64,000 nt of DNA from Bacteroidales bacterium (lineage in GTDB: Bacteria > Bacteroidota > Bacteroidia > Bacteroidales > F082). A program made the translations under genes and the position numbers. The stretch is from positions 9,359 through 73,358 of the forward strand of contig JAZUST010000145.1 in assembly GCA_045606865.1 (NCBI GenBank), given 5' to 3'. Positions 26,299-35,030 of the stretch are shown here, one piece after another; within the stretch, counting starts at the first letter, position 1; every line of letters starts with the position of its first letter. Below the pieces are notes generated by a model. It ran no database searches. It was not told the origin of the DNA and saw nothing but the letters and a program-made list of their open reading frames with translations.

Positions 26299-28521
26299 TT
26301 AGTCGCATTTGCTCCAACCACATGATTTACAAATGTTGCATCCACCTTCAAAAGTTAATGCATCGCCACATTCAGGGCATTTAGGAACATTATCATCTAA
26401 TATATCGTCATTCTCGCAATCAGCATTAATTTCATTCTGCATTTCGTTATACATATCAAGCAATGCATATCCTATCGCTACAGGACAGCAAGAACCCTTT
26501 GATGTATCTTTTTTTGTCGCATGTCTTACGGCATATGATGGACATACACCACAGCTATTAAGCTGTTCTACTATTGAGTATATACTAACTCCGCTCCTTG
26601 CAAGAAGAGAAATCATTCTTGAAAGTCCTATCATAAAGTTATTACATCCACCGGTTGAGCCTTTGCTTAAATATGTTTCAAGTAGTTCTCCTGTTGCGGG
26701 GTCAAAAAAAGCAGAGCAATGAAGGCTACCACAGCCCGTTGTAAGTTTACGTTTCTTTCCTATTACATCATCGTTAACTTCTATAATATCTCCTCTTGAT
26801 AATTCAAAAGTTATATTATCGCTTTTAGTATTGTCTGTTGTAAGAATTCCACTACGCTTACAACCATCTCTATAGACCGTAATACCTTTTAAACCTTTAT
26901 CCCAAGCGTATGTATAAAGGTTTTCAACCTGTTCAATAGTTGTTTCATGTGGTAAATTTACAGTAGACGATATTGACGCATCTATATGTTTCTGCCATGT
27001 TGATTGCATATCTACCCTATTTTTATAATCGAGATTCTGTGCAGTGATAAAGAACTTAGGAAGACTCTTATCATCACTAATACCATTCTCATCCATATAG
27101 TTTTTAACTATAGGTGTATATACTTTATATTCAACAGTTTCGTTATGCAAAGATTCTGTTTTTCTTGTGTAATAGTTTGCAAATATAGGCTCAATTCCCC
27201 CACTTATCTGTAGCATTGTTGAAATAGAACCTGTTGGTGCAATAGTAAGTATTTGGCTATTTCTCAAACCATACTTAATAACTAAATCTCTTGTTTTTTT
27301 GTCTGTATTGTTAATGAAATACTCGGTAGTGATTATATTGTTTGGGTTACATTTTGGGAATGCGCCAAACTCTTTTGCGAGTCTCGCAGATGTTCTTATT
27401 GCTGTATTCGCCATAACAAATCCAATCTCATCACACAATTTAATTGATTCTTTTGAACCATATGTAATACCCAAATTGATTAGCATATCCGCAATACCCA
27501 TAATGCCAAGTCCAATTTGTCGCCAATCTCTCACACTATCTCTCTGCTCTTGGAGAGGGTGTAAAGGTAGACCCTCATCCAATACGTCATTTAGTGCTTT
27601 TACCGAGACTTTTACTGCATTTTTGAAGTCGTCGAAATCAAATGTTTCTGTTGTCTTGTTTACGAAAGCATTAAGATTAATACTACCTAAGAGACATGAC
27701 CCGCCCGGCGGAAGAGGTTCCTCCGCACATGGATTTGTGCCAGCATATCTAAAATCTTCTGTGTTGCTCATAAGGTTGTATCCAGTGATGTTATCCCAAA
27801 AGAGAATGCCCGGCTCTGCCATATCCCAATTCATTTCGCAGAGTTTATTAAACAACTCTTTTGCTTTAACTGTTTTGGTAATATTTTCGCCAGTTTCAAC
27901 TCTTGTGAATTTAAGTATATAGTCTTCATCATTCTTGACTGCATTCATAAATTCATCTGACATTTTTACGGATATGTTTGCCTTAGTAACCCTATCAAGG
28001 TCTGATTTAATACCTATAAAATCTTCAAGGTCTGGGTGTGAACAGTCAATCGAAAGCATCAAAGCCCCCCTACGCCCTCCTTGACCAATTAAGCCTGTTA
28101 TCATGGAATATAAATCCATAAATGATACAGCACCGCTTGTTTCTTTGGCTGCATTGTTTATTTTCGCACCTTTTGGGCTAAGTTTTGAGATGTCAATGCC
28201 GCATCCACCACCATAACTAAATGTTCTTGCAAGTTTTTTGGCACACTCAAATATACTTTCTATATTATCTTCAGGCTCCGATAAGACATAACAATTTGAA
28301 TATGTAATTTTTTTACCTTTTTTATGTAGACCACGATTTGCGAGGATTCTACCTCCAAAAAGAAACTTCTTTTCCTTAATTAATTTTCTTAGGTCGTTAT
28401 CTCTGTTTGAGACTCTATCGAGCCATTCTTCAAATGTCTCATCTTCGTATTGATATTTATTTCTCCATATATCAATACCTAATGTGTTTTCTTCACCTAG
28501 CCATTTTTCTACTGTTGTCAT
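26299..28521 (-). CDS. nrdJ: adenosylcobalamin-dependent (class II) ribonucleotide reductase
   Basis: ATG 28521 after GGAGG (the track start at 28563 is upstream). ...SNCYV..., ...FSYGGGCGIDISKLSPKGA..., ...GGRRGALMLS...HPD..., ...GTNPCAEEPLPPGGSCLLGSINL.... C-terminal CPECG...CNICKSCG zinc ribbon. Confidence 0.9.
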   Translation of the reverse strand: MTTVEKWLGEENTLGIDIWRNKYQYEDETFEEWLDRVSNRDNDLRKLIKEKKFLFGGRILANRGLHKKGKKITYSNCYVLSEPEDNIESIFECAKKLARTFSYGGGCGIDISKLSPKGAKINNAAKETSGAVSFMDLYSMITGLIGQGGRRGALMLSIDCSHPDLEDFIGIKSDLDRVTKANISVKMSDEFMNAVKNDEDYILKFTRVETGENITKTVKAKELFNKLCEMNWDMAEPGILFWDNITGYNLMSNTEDFRYAGTNPCAEEPLPPGGSCLLGSINLNAFVNKTTETFDFDDFKNAVKVSVKALNDVLDEGLPLHPLQEQRDSVRDWRQIGLGIMGIADMLINLGITYGSKESIKLCDEIGFVMANTAIRTSARLAKEFGAFPKCNPNNIITTEYFINNTDKKTRDLVIKYGLRNSQILTIAPTGSISTMLQISGGIEPIFANYYTRKTESLHNETVEYKVYTPIVKNYMDENGISDDKSLPKFFITAQNLDYKNRVDMQSTWQKHIDASISSTVNLPHETTIEQVENLYTYAWDKGLKGITVYRDGCKRSGILTTDNTKSDNITFELSRGDIIEVNDDVIGKKRKLTTGCGSLHCSAFFDPATGELLETYLSKGSTGGCNNFMIGLSRMISLLARSGVSIYSIVEQLNSCGVCPSYAVRHATKKDTSKGSCCPVAIGYALLDMYNEMQNEINADCENDDILDDNVPKCPECGDALTFEGGCNICKSCGWSKCD

Positions 28522-28675
28522 TAAATTCCTCCTGTGTTTTATTAGAAGCAAAGCGAGAAACAAAGTCGCATTTCCCGCATCCTCCTAAATTCCAATCTCT
28601 ACATAAATCACATATCTGCTTTTCATTTTCGGTTAGTTGTTTGTAGAAATCATTAAAGTTGAATTTTGCTTCCAT
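28493..28675 (-). CDS. small Cys-containing protein
   Basis: GGAGAA SD. 60 aa, with ...CDLCRDWNLGGCGKCDF.... Ends in TGA and overlaps the nrdJ start. Confidence 0.55.
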   Translation of the reverse strand: MEAKFNFNDFYKQLTENEKQICDLCRDWNLGGCGKCDFVSRFASNKTQEEFNDNSRKMAR

Positions 28676-28689
28676 AATATTATTCTCCG

Positions 28690-29127
28690 TTATGTAAGAT
28701 AAAAGTCTTCAATATAATCAATCATCACGTCAATATCATTAAATATGCGTTCACACATACATGTTAACCAAGGATGAAGTTCTTGTTTGTCTACATCAAG
28801 ACCAATGATAGGAATACCTCTATCATAAGCTATAGCCATTTCTGCCATAGTTCCGAGTGATTGTTTATCATTAAAGTTTACGATTACCAAATTTGAATTT
28901 CTAAGTTTATGTAAATCAAATCGCATTACCTCTGAATCTGATTTATACTGAGGTATTTCATCCCGAAAGTTAAAGTAATCGTTAGGATTTATGACGTTAG
29001 CCATGTATATGCTATTTTCATAGTTTTCCAAAGCGTTTTTACAATATCTTCGCCATTTATCACTTTCTTCGAAGTTTTCTTTGCCGAATTTACCCATTCC
29101 TCCGCTAAGATAAATTTGATATTCCAT
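28690..29127 (-). CDS. nucleoside 2-deoxyribosyltransferase-family protein
   Basis: ATG 29127 after GGAGG. MEYQIYLSGGM..., ...DLHKLRNSNLVIVNF...SLGTMAEMAIAYDRGIPIIGL... follows the YlaG.....D....sD.vv......GT.fE.G.A layout. Confidence 0.75.
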   Translation of the reverse strand: MEYQIYLSGGMGKFGKENFEESDKWRRYCKNALENYENSIYMANVINPNDYFNFRDEIPQYKSDSEVMRFDLHKLRNSNLVIVNFNDKQSLGTMAEMAIAYDRGIPIIGLDVDKQELHPWLTCMCERIFNDIDVMIDYIEDFYLT

Positions 29128-29129
29128 CT

Positions 29130-29726
29130 TTAACCTCCTATCATCTTGTTGCATTCAATTGTCATACAACCCTTTTTTGTAACAGAATCATATTTATAAT
29201 AAGCAGGATTTGGCATTACTCCCAACCCCTTTATTACGTATTCAACAAATTCTTTCGCAACACAATCTAACTGCTCCAAACTACCGTTATTTTCAATTAT
29301 GTAGTCGTATTCATAATTTTCAACATCTCGGTCTGCATGATTACTTTCGATTTTCTTGACATTAGGATTACGGATGAGAATTGTCTCGGCTCCAAATATC
29401 TCAACAGCACGAGCAATTTCTTCTGGCTCTCTTATATCAATTAGAAGAACGTTGGTGTCAATTAGGTTGCTTTTAAAATCTGTAACGATTGACAAAACAT
29501 CTTTAAACGGAATGTCGTCATATTTAGTAAGTCTATCTTTCAAATCACTACAAAGGAGGCGATATTCTTCTGTTTTTGTTTCTTCTTCAATCCCAGCAAT
29601 CTTAAGCATATCTTTAACTAAGTTAATGGATGAGTATTTATATGTAGGAATATATTTAGATATTGCTCTTGCGAAGCTATCTTTACCATTTGTACCCGAA
29701 CCATTAGTTATATAAATTTTCTTCAA
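29130..29726 (-). CDS. dNMP-kinase-like P-loop protein
   Basis: TTG after AGGAGG. ...IYITNGSGTNGKDSFARAI... resembles the G.sGsGKD.fa P-loop of T4/T5 dNMP kinases. Confidence 0.7.
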   Translation of the reverse strand: MKKIYITNGSGTNGKDSFARAISKYIPTYKYSSINLVKDMLKIAGIEEETKTEEYRLLCSDLKDRLTKYDDIPFKDVLSIVTDFKSNLIDTNVLLIDIREPEEIARAVEIFGAETILIRNPNVKKIESNHADRDVENYEYDYIIENNGSLEQLDCVAKEFVEYVIKGLGVMPNPAYYKYDSVTKKGCMTIECNKMIGG

Positions 29727-29740
29727 TTATCTTCCTCCTG

Positions 29741-30469
29741 TTAATTTTCAATTGTTAGAATATAATCCCTTGTAATTTGGTTATGGAATTCAGTAATCTG
29801 TCTTACAACCGACTCCGCCCACTCTTTAACTTCTGGGTTCGCACCACCATCTTCGTTACGTTCTTTGAATACATGTCCAAACTCTGTTAAGTTGATTTTT
29901 GAAATAAAATTACTCGGAATACTAAGCATATACAAACCGCGCTTTACATCTTTATTGTTTTTATATTCTTCTTTCACATATCCATTAGGAGCCTTAACAT
30001 ATTTGCAATCTTCATAAATAATTTCTTCTGGCATATCAATTCCAAGAACACATTTAAGTGCTTTTGCATCAGTTATAATTTTATCCTTATAATATTCTGA
30101 CACTTCATCTTCTTCAAATTCAGCAAGTCTTGTACTACTACGAATAATACGATTGTCAAATCTTTTTGCATGAGCATCAATGTCATCCTGTCCTGCTCTA
30201 TGAATCCCCTCTGTCATTATAGAAATGTCTATATATCGTAGCACTGTAATATGCTTTCTTCCCATTCTCAAAAGCATAGACAACCAATTATTAAACTTCT
30301 CTATTGAAGATTTATAGGCAGATGGATTTATACGACCATCTCTACCCAGTATATTTTTACAAGTTTCTCTAATTTCTGCATCTAATTCTGGCGTCCAACT
30401 TCTTTTACTTATATACATTGCTACAAATGCATCTTCAAACCCTGTAATACTGTTGACCGTTACTTTCAA
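29741..30469 (-). CDS. divergent ThyX-fold (flavin-dependent thymidylate-synthase-like) protein
   Basis: TTG after GAGGTGA. Overall ThyX-like layout, but with ...GIHRAGQDDIDAH...IRSSTRL... where canonical ThyX has RHR..S....S.RY. Late ...VKRGLYMLSIPSN...NLTEFGHVFKER... segment. Confidence 0.75.
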   Translation of the reverse strand: MKVTVNSITGFEDAFVAMYISKRSWTPELDAEIRETCKNILGRDGRINPSAYKSSIEKFNNWLSMLLRMGRKHITVLRYIDISIMTEGIHRAGQDDIDAHAKRFDNRIIRSSTRLAEFEEDEVSEYYKDKIITDAKALKCVLGIDMPEEIIYEDCKYVKAPNGYVKEEYKNNKDVKRGLYMLSIPSNFISKINLTEFGHVFKERNEDGGANPEVKEWAESVVRQITEFHNQITRDYILTIEN

Positions 30470-30478
30470 TTTATCACC

Positions 30479-30799
30479 TCAATTTACAATAAATTTCTTC
30501 ATACCCTCTTTAACTTCATAAGGTATATCACCATAAAATTCTACATTTAAAGGTTTGGTTAAATCTAAACTATATAACCCCATTATTGACTTGGCATTTA
30601 CAACAAAACGCTCAGACTTAACCACAACATCTTCTTTACATTTTGAAGCCAAATTTACGAATTCAGCAATATCCGTAACTCTATTAAAGTATATAGTTGC
30701 TTTAATCGTATCTAAAATAGGCTCTAAATCCTGACATTTATGACAAACCATGCTCCCTTCAGGAATGGGTCTATCACACATCACACATCTTTCTTCCAT
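30479..30799 (-). CDS. zinc-ribbon + HPr-like domain protein
   Basis: ATG 30799 after AAGGGTGA. CVMC...CHKC, then ...FVVNAKSIMGLYSLDLTKPLNVEFYGD... (HPr-fold signature without the phospho-His context). Its TGA stop is in frame with the next gene. Confidence 0.7.
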   Translation of the reverse strand: MEERCVMCDRPIPEGSMVCHKCQDLEPILDTIKATIYFNRVTDIAEFVNLASKCKEDVVVKSERFVVNAKSIMGLYSLDLTKPLNVEFYGDIPYEVKEGMKKFIVN

Positions 30800-30807
30800 A
30801 ATTTTTA

Positions 30808-31026
30808 TCACCCTTTTTCTACATAACACCATTCTTTTGATTTGATACCGTGATATTTCATAGCACAATCGCTAGAACAGAATTTGTTATCATCGTTATC
30901 TATGTAGTATTCATTATCTTCCCTTAAATCTTCCCCACATTGCTCACAGTAACCACGCACCTTTGGATTTGGCGCGTTAGGACAACGAGGGTGATGTCCT
31001 CCAATCCAATGGCAATATTCACACAT
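30808..31026 (-). CDS. Cys-rich small protein (zinc-finger-like)
   Basis: 72 aa. CEYC...HHPRC...CEQCG...FCSSDC. Start overlaps the previous stop (TAATG). Ends TGA TAA. Confidence 0.65.
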   Translation of the reverse strand: MCEYCHWIGGHHPRCPNAPNPKVRGYCEQCGEDLREDNEYYIDNDDNKFCSSDCAMKYHGIKSKEWCYVEKG

Positions 31027-31253
31027 TACAAATTCTCCTTTGAAAAATTCATACTATTTTCATAAGAATATTCTTTAAAGTACTTCTGTTCTGCCTTTTT
31101 TCTAATAGCAATGGCATCTTCTTTATTTTGAAACCTACCGAGGTTTATTGTTTTGTTATCTATGCCAATCCTAGCACTCCACATTCCCATATATGTGTCG
31201 TAAGATACTCCTATATTACCAGATGTGTTATTGCTTGGTATTTTTTTATTCAT
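31026..31253 (-). CDS. AP2-type DNA-binding domain protein (homing-endonuclease-associated module)
   Basis: ...NTSGNIGVSYDTYMGMWSARIGIDNKTINLGRFQNKEDAIAIRKKAEQKYF... is a typical phage AP2 domain. 75 aa. Confidence 0.7.
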   Translation of the reverse strand: MNKKIPSNNTSGNIGVSYDTYMGMWSARIGIDNKTINLGRFQNKEDAIAIRKKAEQKYFKEYSYENSMNFSKENL

Positions 31254-31279
31254 ACCATTTTGTGAACGCGAACAAACCC

Positions 31280-31828
31280 TCAGATTTGCCTTTTACCATC
31301 CATACACCAACAATAATCTTTGATTTTATCATAGTCCTCCAAGTCAAAATAAAATTCCTCGCCACGAAACGTATAACCTATTCCGTAATCGCCAGATAAA
31401 TCATATTTGTTGTATTTGTTTTTGAAACTCCCGGAATTATTATTTTCTTTTCTTAAACATCCACAAGATTTGGTTGCTCCCTTGGTTAAATTAGAGCTTC
31501 TAACCACAACTTGCTTTCCGCAATCGCATTTACAGAGCCACATACAACACCTGTCTGTTTTATCTTTATTATCATCTACTCTCTCAAGAACGCTAAGTTT
31601 GCCGAATTTTCTTCCTGTCAAGTCAATATATTTTTCTCTCTTAGCACATCCGCAAGATTTTGTTCTTCCTGATGTCAAAGATGTTCCTACAACAGAGACA
31701 ACATTTCCACACTCACATTGACAAAGCCAATAATGATGTTTGTCCGTAGAATTGTTTGGTTTCTGTCCTCTCCCAATTACAGTTAGTTTCCCGAAGGAAT
31801 TTCCAGTTAAATCAATACTCTTCCCCAT
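31280..31828 (-). CDS. repeat protein typical of N-termini of AP2/HNH homing endonucleases (no nuclease motif seen)
   Basis: ATG 31828 after GGAGAGG. Two copies of IDLTG..FGKL.V..R........W.C.C.CG..V.V....L..G.TKSCGC. Ends in TGA. Confidence 0.7.
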   Translation of the reverse strand: MGKSIDLTGNSFGKLTVIGRGQKPNNSTDKHHYWLCQCECGNVVSVVGTSLTSGRTKSCGCAKREKYIDLTGRKFGKLSVLERVDDNKDKTDRCCMWLCKCDCGKQVVVRSSNLTKGATKSCGCLRKENNNSGSFKNKYNKYDLSGDYGIGYTFRGEEFYFDLEDYDKIKDYCWCMDGKRQI

Positions 31829-32123
31829 TATTACCTCTCCATTCAAACCCTTTACAATCATTATCAAAACATTCATTACAAGGTGTGTTTTCTAAGAGTG
31901 GACAAGTGCCAAAATCGAAATCTTTACAAGTCCATTCCCAATTGGGAAAGTGTTGACCGTCTTGACCATATCCTCCTTTACCCTGACAATATTTTTCGCA
32001 ATCTCTACCTTTGCATTCGATATTATTTTTACAGTAATGACAAATATTATCAGATTTTATAACAAGTTCCATAAAGTCAAAATAGAGCCGACTCTGCATA
32101 TTTAAAAAATCTTTATAGTTCAT
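31812..32123 (-). CDS. Cys-rich hypothetical protein
   Basis: ATG 32123 after GGGAGAAAG. 103 aa with many Cys residues (CHYCKNNIECKGRDCEKYCQG...). Its TGA overlaps the next start. Confidence 0.6.
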   Translation of the reverse strand: MNYKDFLNMQSRLYFDFMELVIKSDNICHYCKNNIECKGRDCEKYCQGKGGYGQDGQHFPNWEWTCKDFDFGTCPLLENTPCNECFDNDCKGFEWRGNNGEEY

Positions 32124-32283
32124 TTGCTTTCTCCCAAGATTTATCCACAAGCCATGAAATATATTTTCTACAAACACCATCGTAGTTAGCCACCCAAACC
32201 TTTCTCTTTTTGCTACGACAATGTTTAAGATGTTTTTTACAATACTTAAATGGACATTCATTGTTAATACAATATGTTTTCAA
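32113..32283 (-). CDS. small Cys-rich protein (56 aa, below the track threshold)
   Basis: TTG 32283 after AAGAGGT. (M)KTYCINNECPFKYCKKHLKHCRSKKRKVW.... TAA at 32113-32115. Confidence 0.45.
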   Translation of the reverse strand: MKTYCINNECPFKYCKKHLKHCRSKKRKVWVANYDGVCRKYISWLVDKSWEKANEL

Positions 32284-32306
32284 TTTTACCTCTTAAAAGA
32301 CTTGTT

Positions 32307-32591
32307 TTATTGAGTTTTTTCTACTTCGAAACACTCTGTATTACAATCGCCCTCGCTACGTTCCAGATACTCTTCAAATTTAACCCTTAAACAACCCTTA
32401 GAACATATATCAAACCCTTCGTAGCTTTCACAGCTGTCATTGCCTCAATCGTGATGATGTGTTGAAAGTTCCCAATAGCTATCCCTGTTTTTGATTTCTT
32501 TTCCGCATACATCACAAAGACGAGTTTCTTTTACTAAAACTTTTTCTGTGACTGTATGTGTTTTGGTTTCAAATTCTTGCTTTAAACTCAT
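32307..32591 (-). CDS. small zinc-finger protein interrupted by one in-frame TGA (32445-32447)
   Basis: GAAAGGAG SD + ATG 32591. 48 codons (...CDVCGKEI...THHHD), TGA, then 45 more open codons with no start codon (GNDSCESYEGFDICSKGCL...). TAA at 32307. Confidence 0.6.
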
Positions 32592-32698
32592 ATTTACTCC
32601 TTTCTCACCCACTTTAAAAGCGTGGTTTTATTGGCATTTTTAGTCTATATATAGTGCTAAAATTGTTATTTAACACTATATATAGTATGCGAAATTTA

Positions 32699-34360
32699 TC
32701 ACTCAATAGTGTGACTTAACAAATATGAAATTACTGCTACAGTCCAACCGTTACCAAGCATTTTGTAAGCTTGTGTATCGCTGACAACAGAGAAGTCATA
32801 CCATTCCGGAACTGTCTGCAATCTCATACATTCTCTTACTGTGAGTTTGCGGATGATATAGAAACCATCAGCGAGTTTAATAGGGTATTCTTTGCCCTTA
32901 ATTGTTATAAAACCACGCTTTACTTCATATACAACGTGTTCTTTACCATCTGCAAAACTGATTGCCTTTATCGGTTTACCCTCTTCATCCCACTCGCAAG
33001 GTTCTGCAAAGTAGATTGGCGATGTCATTAAGACGGTGCTGCTTTTTGTTTGGCTTGCACATTGAGCTGTCTGTGTTGGTGCTTTATCCGTAATCTCTGC
33101 ATTGTTGTATGGATTCCACATTTCAGGTATGTACCCAAACTTCTCTACAGCCTTATCAAGTTTATTTTCTACAAATGGTACAATGTCTGACTCCGATTCG
33201 AGTGGGATTGCATAGAGTCCAGTATTTGAACCCATACCACCGCTTGTTGCCGTTTGAGAAACAGCCTTACCTTCTACCGAGTAAATTCGATTGCCCTGAC
33301 CACCACCATTTACCTCGCCAACTTTAAGAGGAACGGCATACAAGCCTGTTTTGCCTCCAGCTCCGCCACCGCCAGAAGTTAAGTTTACAGATTTTCCTTC
33401 AATATCATAAACTCTGAATGCTTGTGATTGGCTTAGTTCACCGTTGGGTCTTGGTAAAGAGCCGACTCTAACAGTCTCAGCAACGCAAGTCTTTTTGTCT
33501 ACATCGTTGCCAACCATATTGCGGATGCCGTCTTTATAACAAGTTGCCCTTAAACATTGTGCTTTACCGTCAACAGTTGTATTTACAGGTTCACTAATAA
33601 AGTTATTGTGTTGCCAATCGCCCTGTGCGGTAAGTGTTGGAGACTTATCATATTTAATCCCACCCTTATTAAATCCATGAGGAACATTAAATATGACTGG
33701 CTCTGCCGCCATCATACGTAATCCACTTTGCTTCTTAGGGCTGGTAAGATTGCCACCCTTAAAATAATTCGCATCTATACAATAAGATTTTTCTCTCCAA
33801 GCAATACCATTATCAAGAATATCTTTGAGCAAAATTCCTCTATCTTCCGGCTGTTCAATTTCAACTTTGCTATATGTACCATCGTCATTTCTTTTGCCAA
33901 CCCAATACAATCTCTGTCTGTTTTGTGCCGATAATAAAGCAGAGTTTATACATATAGGCTCAAAACCAAACGTACTTGTAATGCTTTCTCTTATAGCATT
34001 ACTCATAGACTTGTTGTTTTCATAAATAAAATACTTTGGCTGTGCTTCTTTTAGTGCTCTGACATACTGCGAAAACAATTCCCAACCAAGACCAGAAGCT
34101 TCGGTTTCACGATTATTCTTTTGAGCAATAGACCAATATGTACAAGGACTTCCACCCATTAAATAATCGAAATTCCTGAACTCAGTAAAATCGGCATCAA
34201 ACACATCGCCTCTTTGTTCTATTTCAGGAAAGTTATGTGTTGCTGTTTTGACTGCATACTTATCAATTTCGTATGCAACATACTTGTCCACTTTAATTCC
34301 TTGGTCGAGCAGAGCCAACATAGCACAACTCATACCATCAAATAAACTTAAAATCTTCAA
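32699..34360 (-). CDS. DNA (cytosine-5)-methyltransferase with an enlarged, internally repeated target-recognition region
   Basis: Motif I ...ILSLFDGMSCA..., motif IV ...GGSPCTYWS..., motif VI ...FIYENNKSM..., C-terminal ...RECMRLQTVPEWY...KMLGNGWTV.... 553 aa. TTG start without an SD. Confidence 0.9.
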   Translation of the reverse strand: MKILSLFDGMSCAMLALLDQGIKVDKYVAYEIDKYAVKTATHNFPEIEQRGDVFDADFTEFRNFDYLMGGSPCTYWSIAQKNNRETEASGLGWELFSQYVRALKEAQPKYFIYENNKSMSNAIRESITSTFGFEPICINSALLSAQNRQRLYWVGKRNDDGTYSKVEIEQPEDRGILLKDILDNGIAWREKSYCIDANYFKGGNLTSPKKQSGLRMMAAEPVIFNVPHGFNKGGIKYDKSPTLTAQGDWQHNNFISEPVNTTVDGKAQCLRATCYKDGIRNMVGNDVDKKTCVAETVRVGSLPRPNGELSQSQAFRVYDIEGKSVNLTSGGGGAGGKTGLYAVPLKVGEVNGGGQGNRIYSVEGKAVSQTATSGGMGSNTGLYAIPLESESDIVPFVENKLDKAVEKFGYIPEMWNPYNNAEITDKAPTQTAQCASQTKSSTVLMTSPIYFAEPCEWDEEGKPIKAISFADGKEHVVYEVKRGFITIKGKEYPIKLADGFYIIRKLTVRECMRLQTVPEWYDFSVVSDTQAYKMLGNGWTVAVISYLLSHTIE

Positions 34361-34492
34361 TAATCACATTGGAGTAAACTATAGTTTTGTGTCCGGACAA
34401 ACCTCTTTCCTCCTTCTGTAATTTCTATACAATATATTATTCTCTCTTTACAAGAGATTTTTTTATTTAATTTTCACCTTAAAACGAGCGTT

Positions 34493-34882
34493 TTATTTGA
34501 AATAGCAAACACCTACTTTTAACACGCCGTTATCTGTTTCAACTGAAGTTACCTCGGTTTCATAGATGTCTCTTTCTTTAATCTTTTTTACCATATTACA
34601 TTCCCAAACGCCCTGCCAAACGATTTTTAAAGTGTTCTGAAAATCTTCATATATTAATACTTCTGTGCCGAATTGGATAACCTCAGCAAGTCTTGAAAAC
34701 TTAAACATCTTTAATTCATCGACTTCCAACGGCGACACATTATTGTCTTCGTACTCGCCGAGTCTTTTGTAAATTTCTTCATATGTAGGTTTACTCATTT
34801 CTTGAATTTCTTTTCGTTCCTCTTTCGATTTTGGTTGATAAAACCCATCGCTTAAAAATCTTTTGTCTGTTAATCTCTCCAT
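34493..34882 (-). CDS. hypothetical protein
   Basis: ATG after TAGGAGATAG. 129 aa. TAA stop. Confidence 0.7.
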   Translation of the reverse strand: MERLTDKRFLSDGFYQPKSKEERKEIQEMSKPTYEEIYKRLGEYEDNNVSPLEVDELKMFKFSRLAEVIQFGTEVLIYEDFQNTLKIVWQGVWECNMVKKIKERDIYETEVTSVETDNGVLKVGVCYFK

Positions 34883-35030
34883 ATCTATCTCCTATTAAAA
34901 AGAATTAGCCTTTTTATTTATTTCTGTTGAAGAAGGCTCTAACTCCAACCCTTAATTCGCGGGAGGAGGACTCCCCCAAGTCTTATACTTACCTTTGATA
35001 TTGGTGATGGCTCTAAAATGTAAGTGCCAT

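Noticed and set aside
30479-30481. Treating HPr-like + ThyX-like (and macro + cPr) as genuine single fusion genes.
   Set aside because: In each case the TGA lies within or next to a good SD for the downstream start (for example TGAGGTGATAAA-TTG). Separate translation is therefore the simplest reading, and the in-frame arrangement is only noted under the TGA finding.
32445-32447. Selenocysteine as an explanation for the in-frame TGA codons.
   Set aside because: No convincing SECIS-like hairpin follows any of the three TGAs (only a 4-bp AGCT palindrome after 32445). The Mom-like family is not a selenoprotein family and would need two Sec residues. No selB or selC-type genes are seen.
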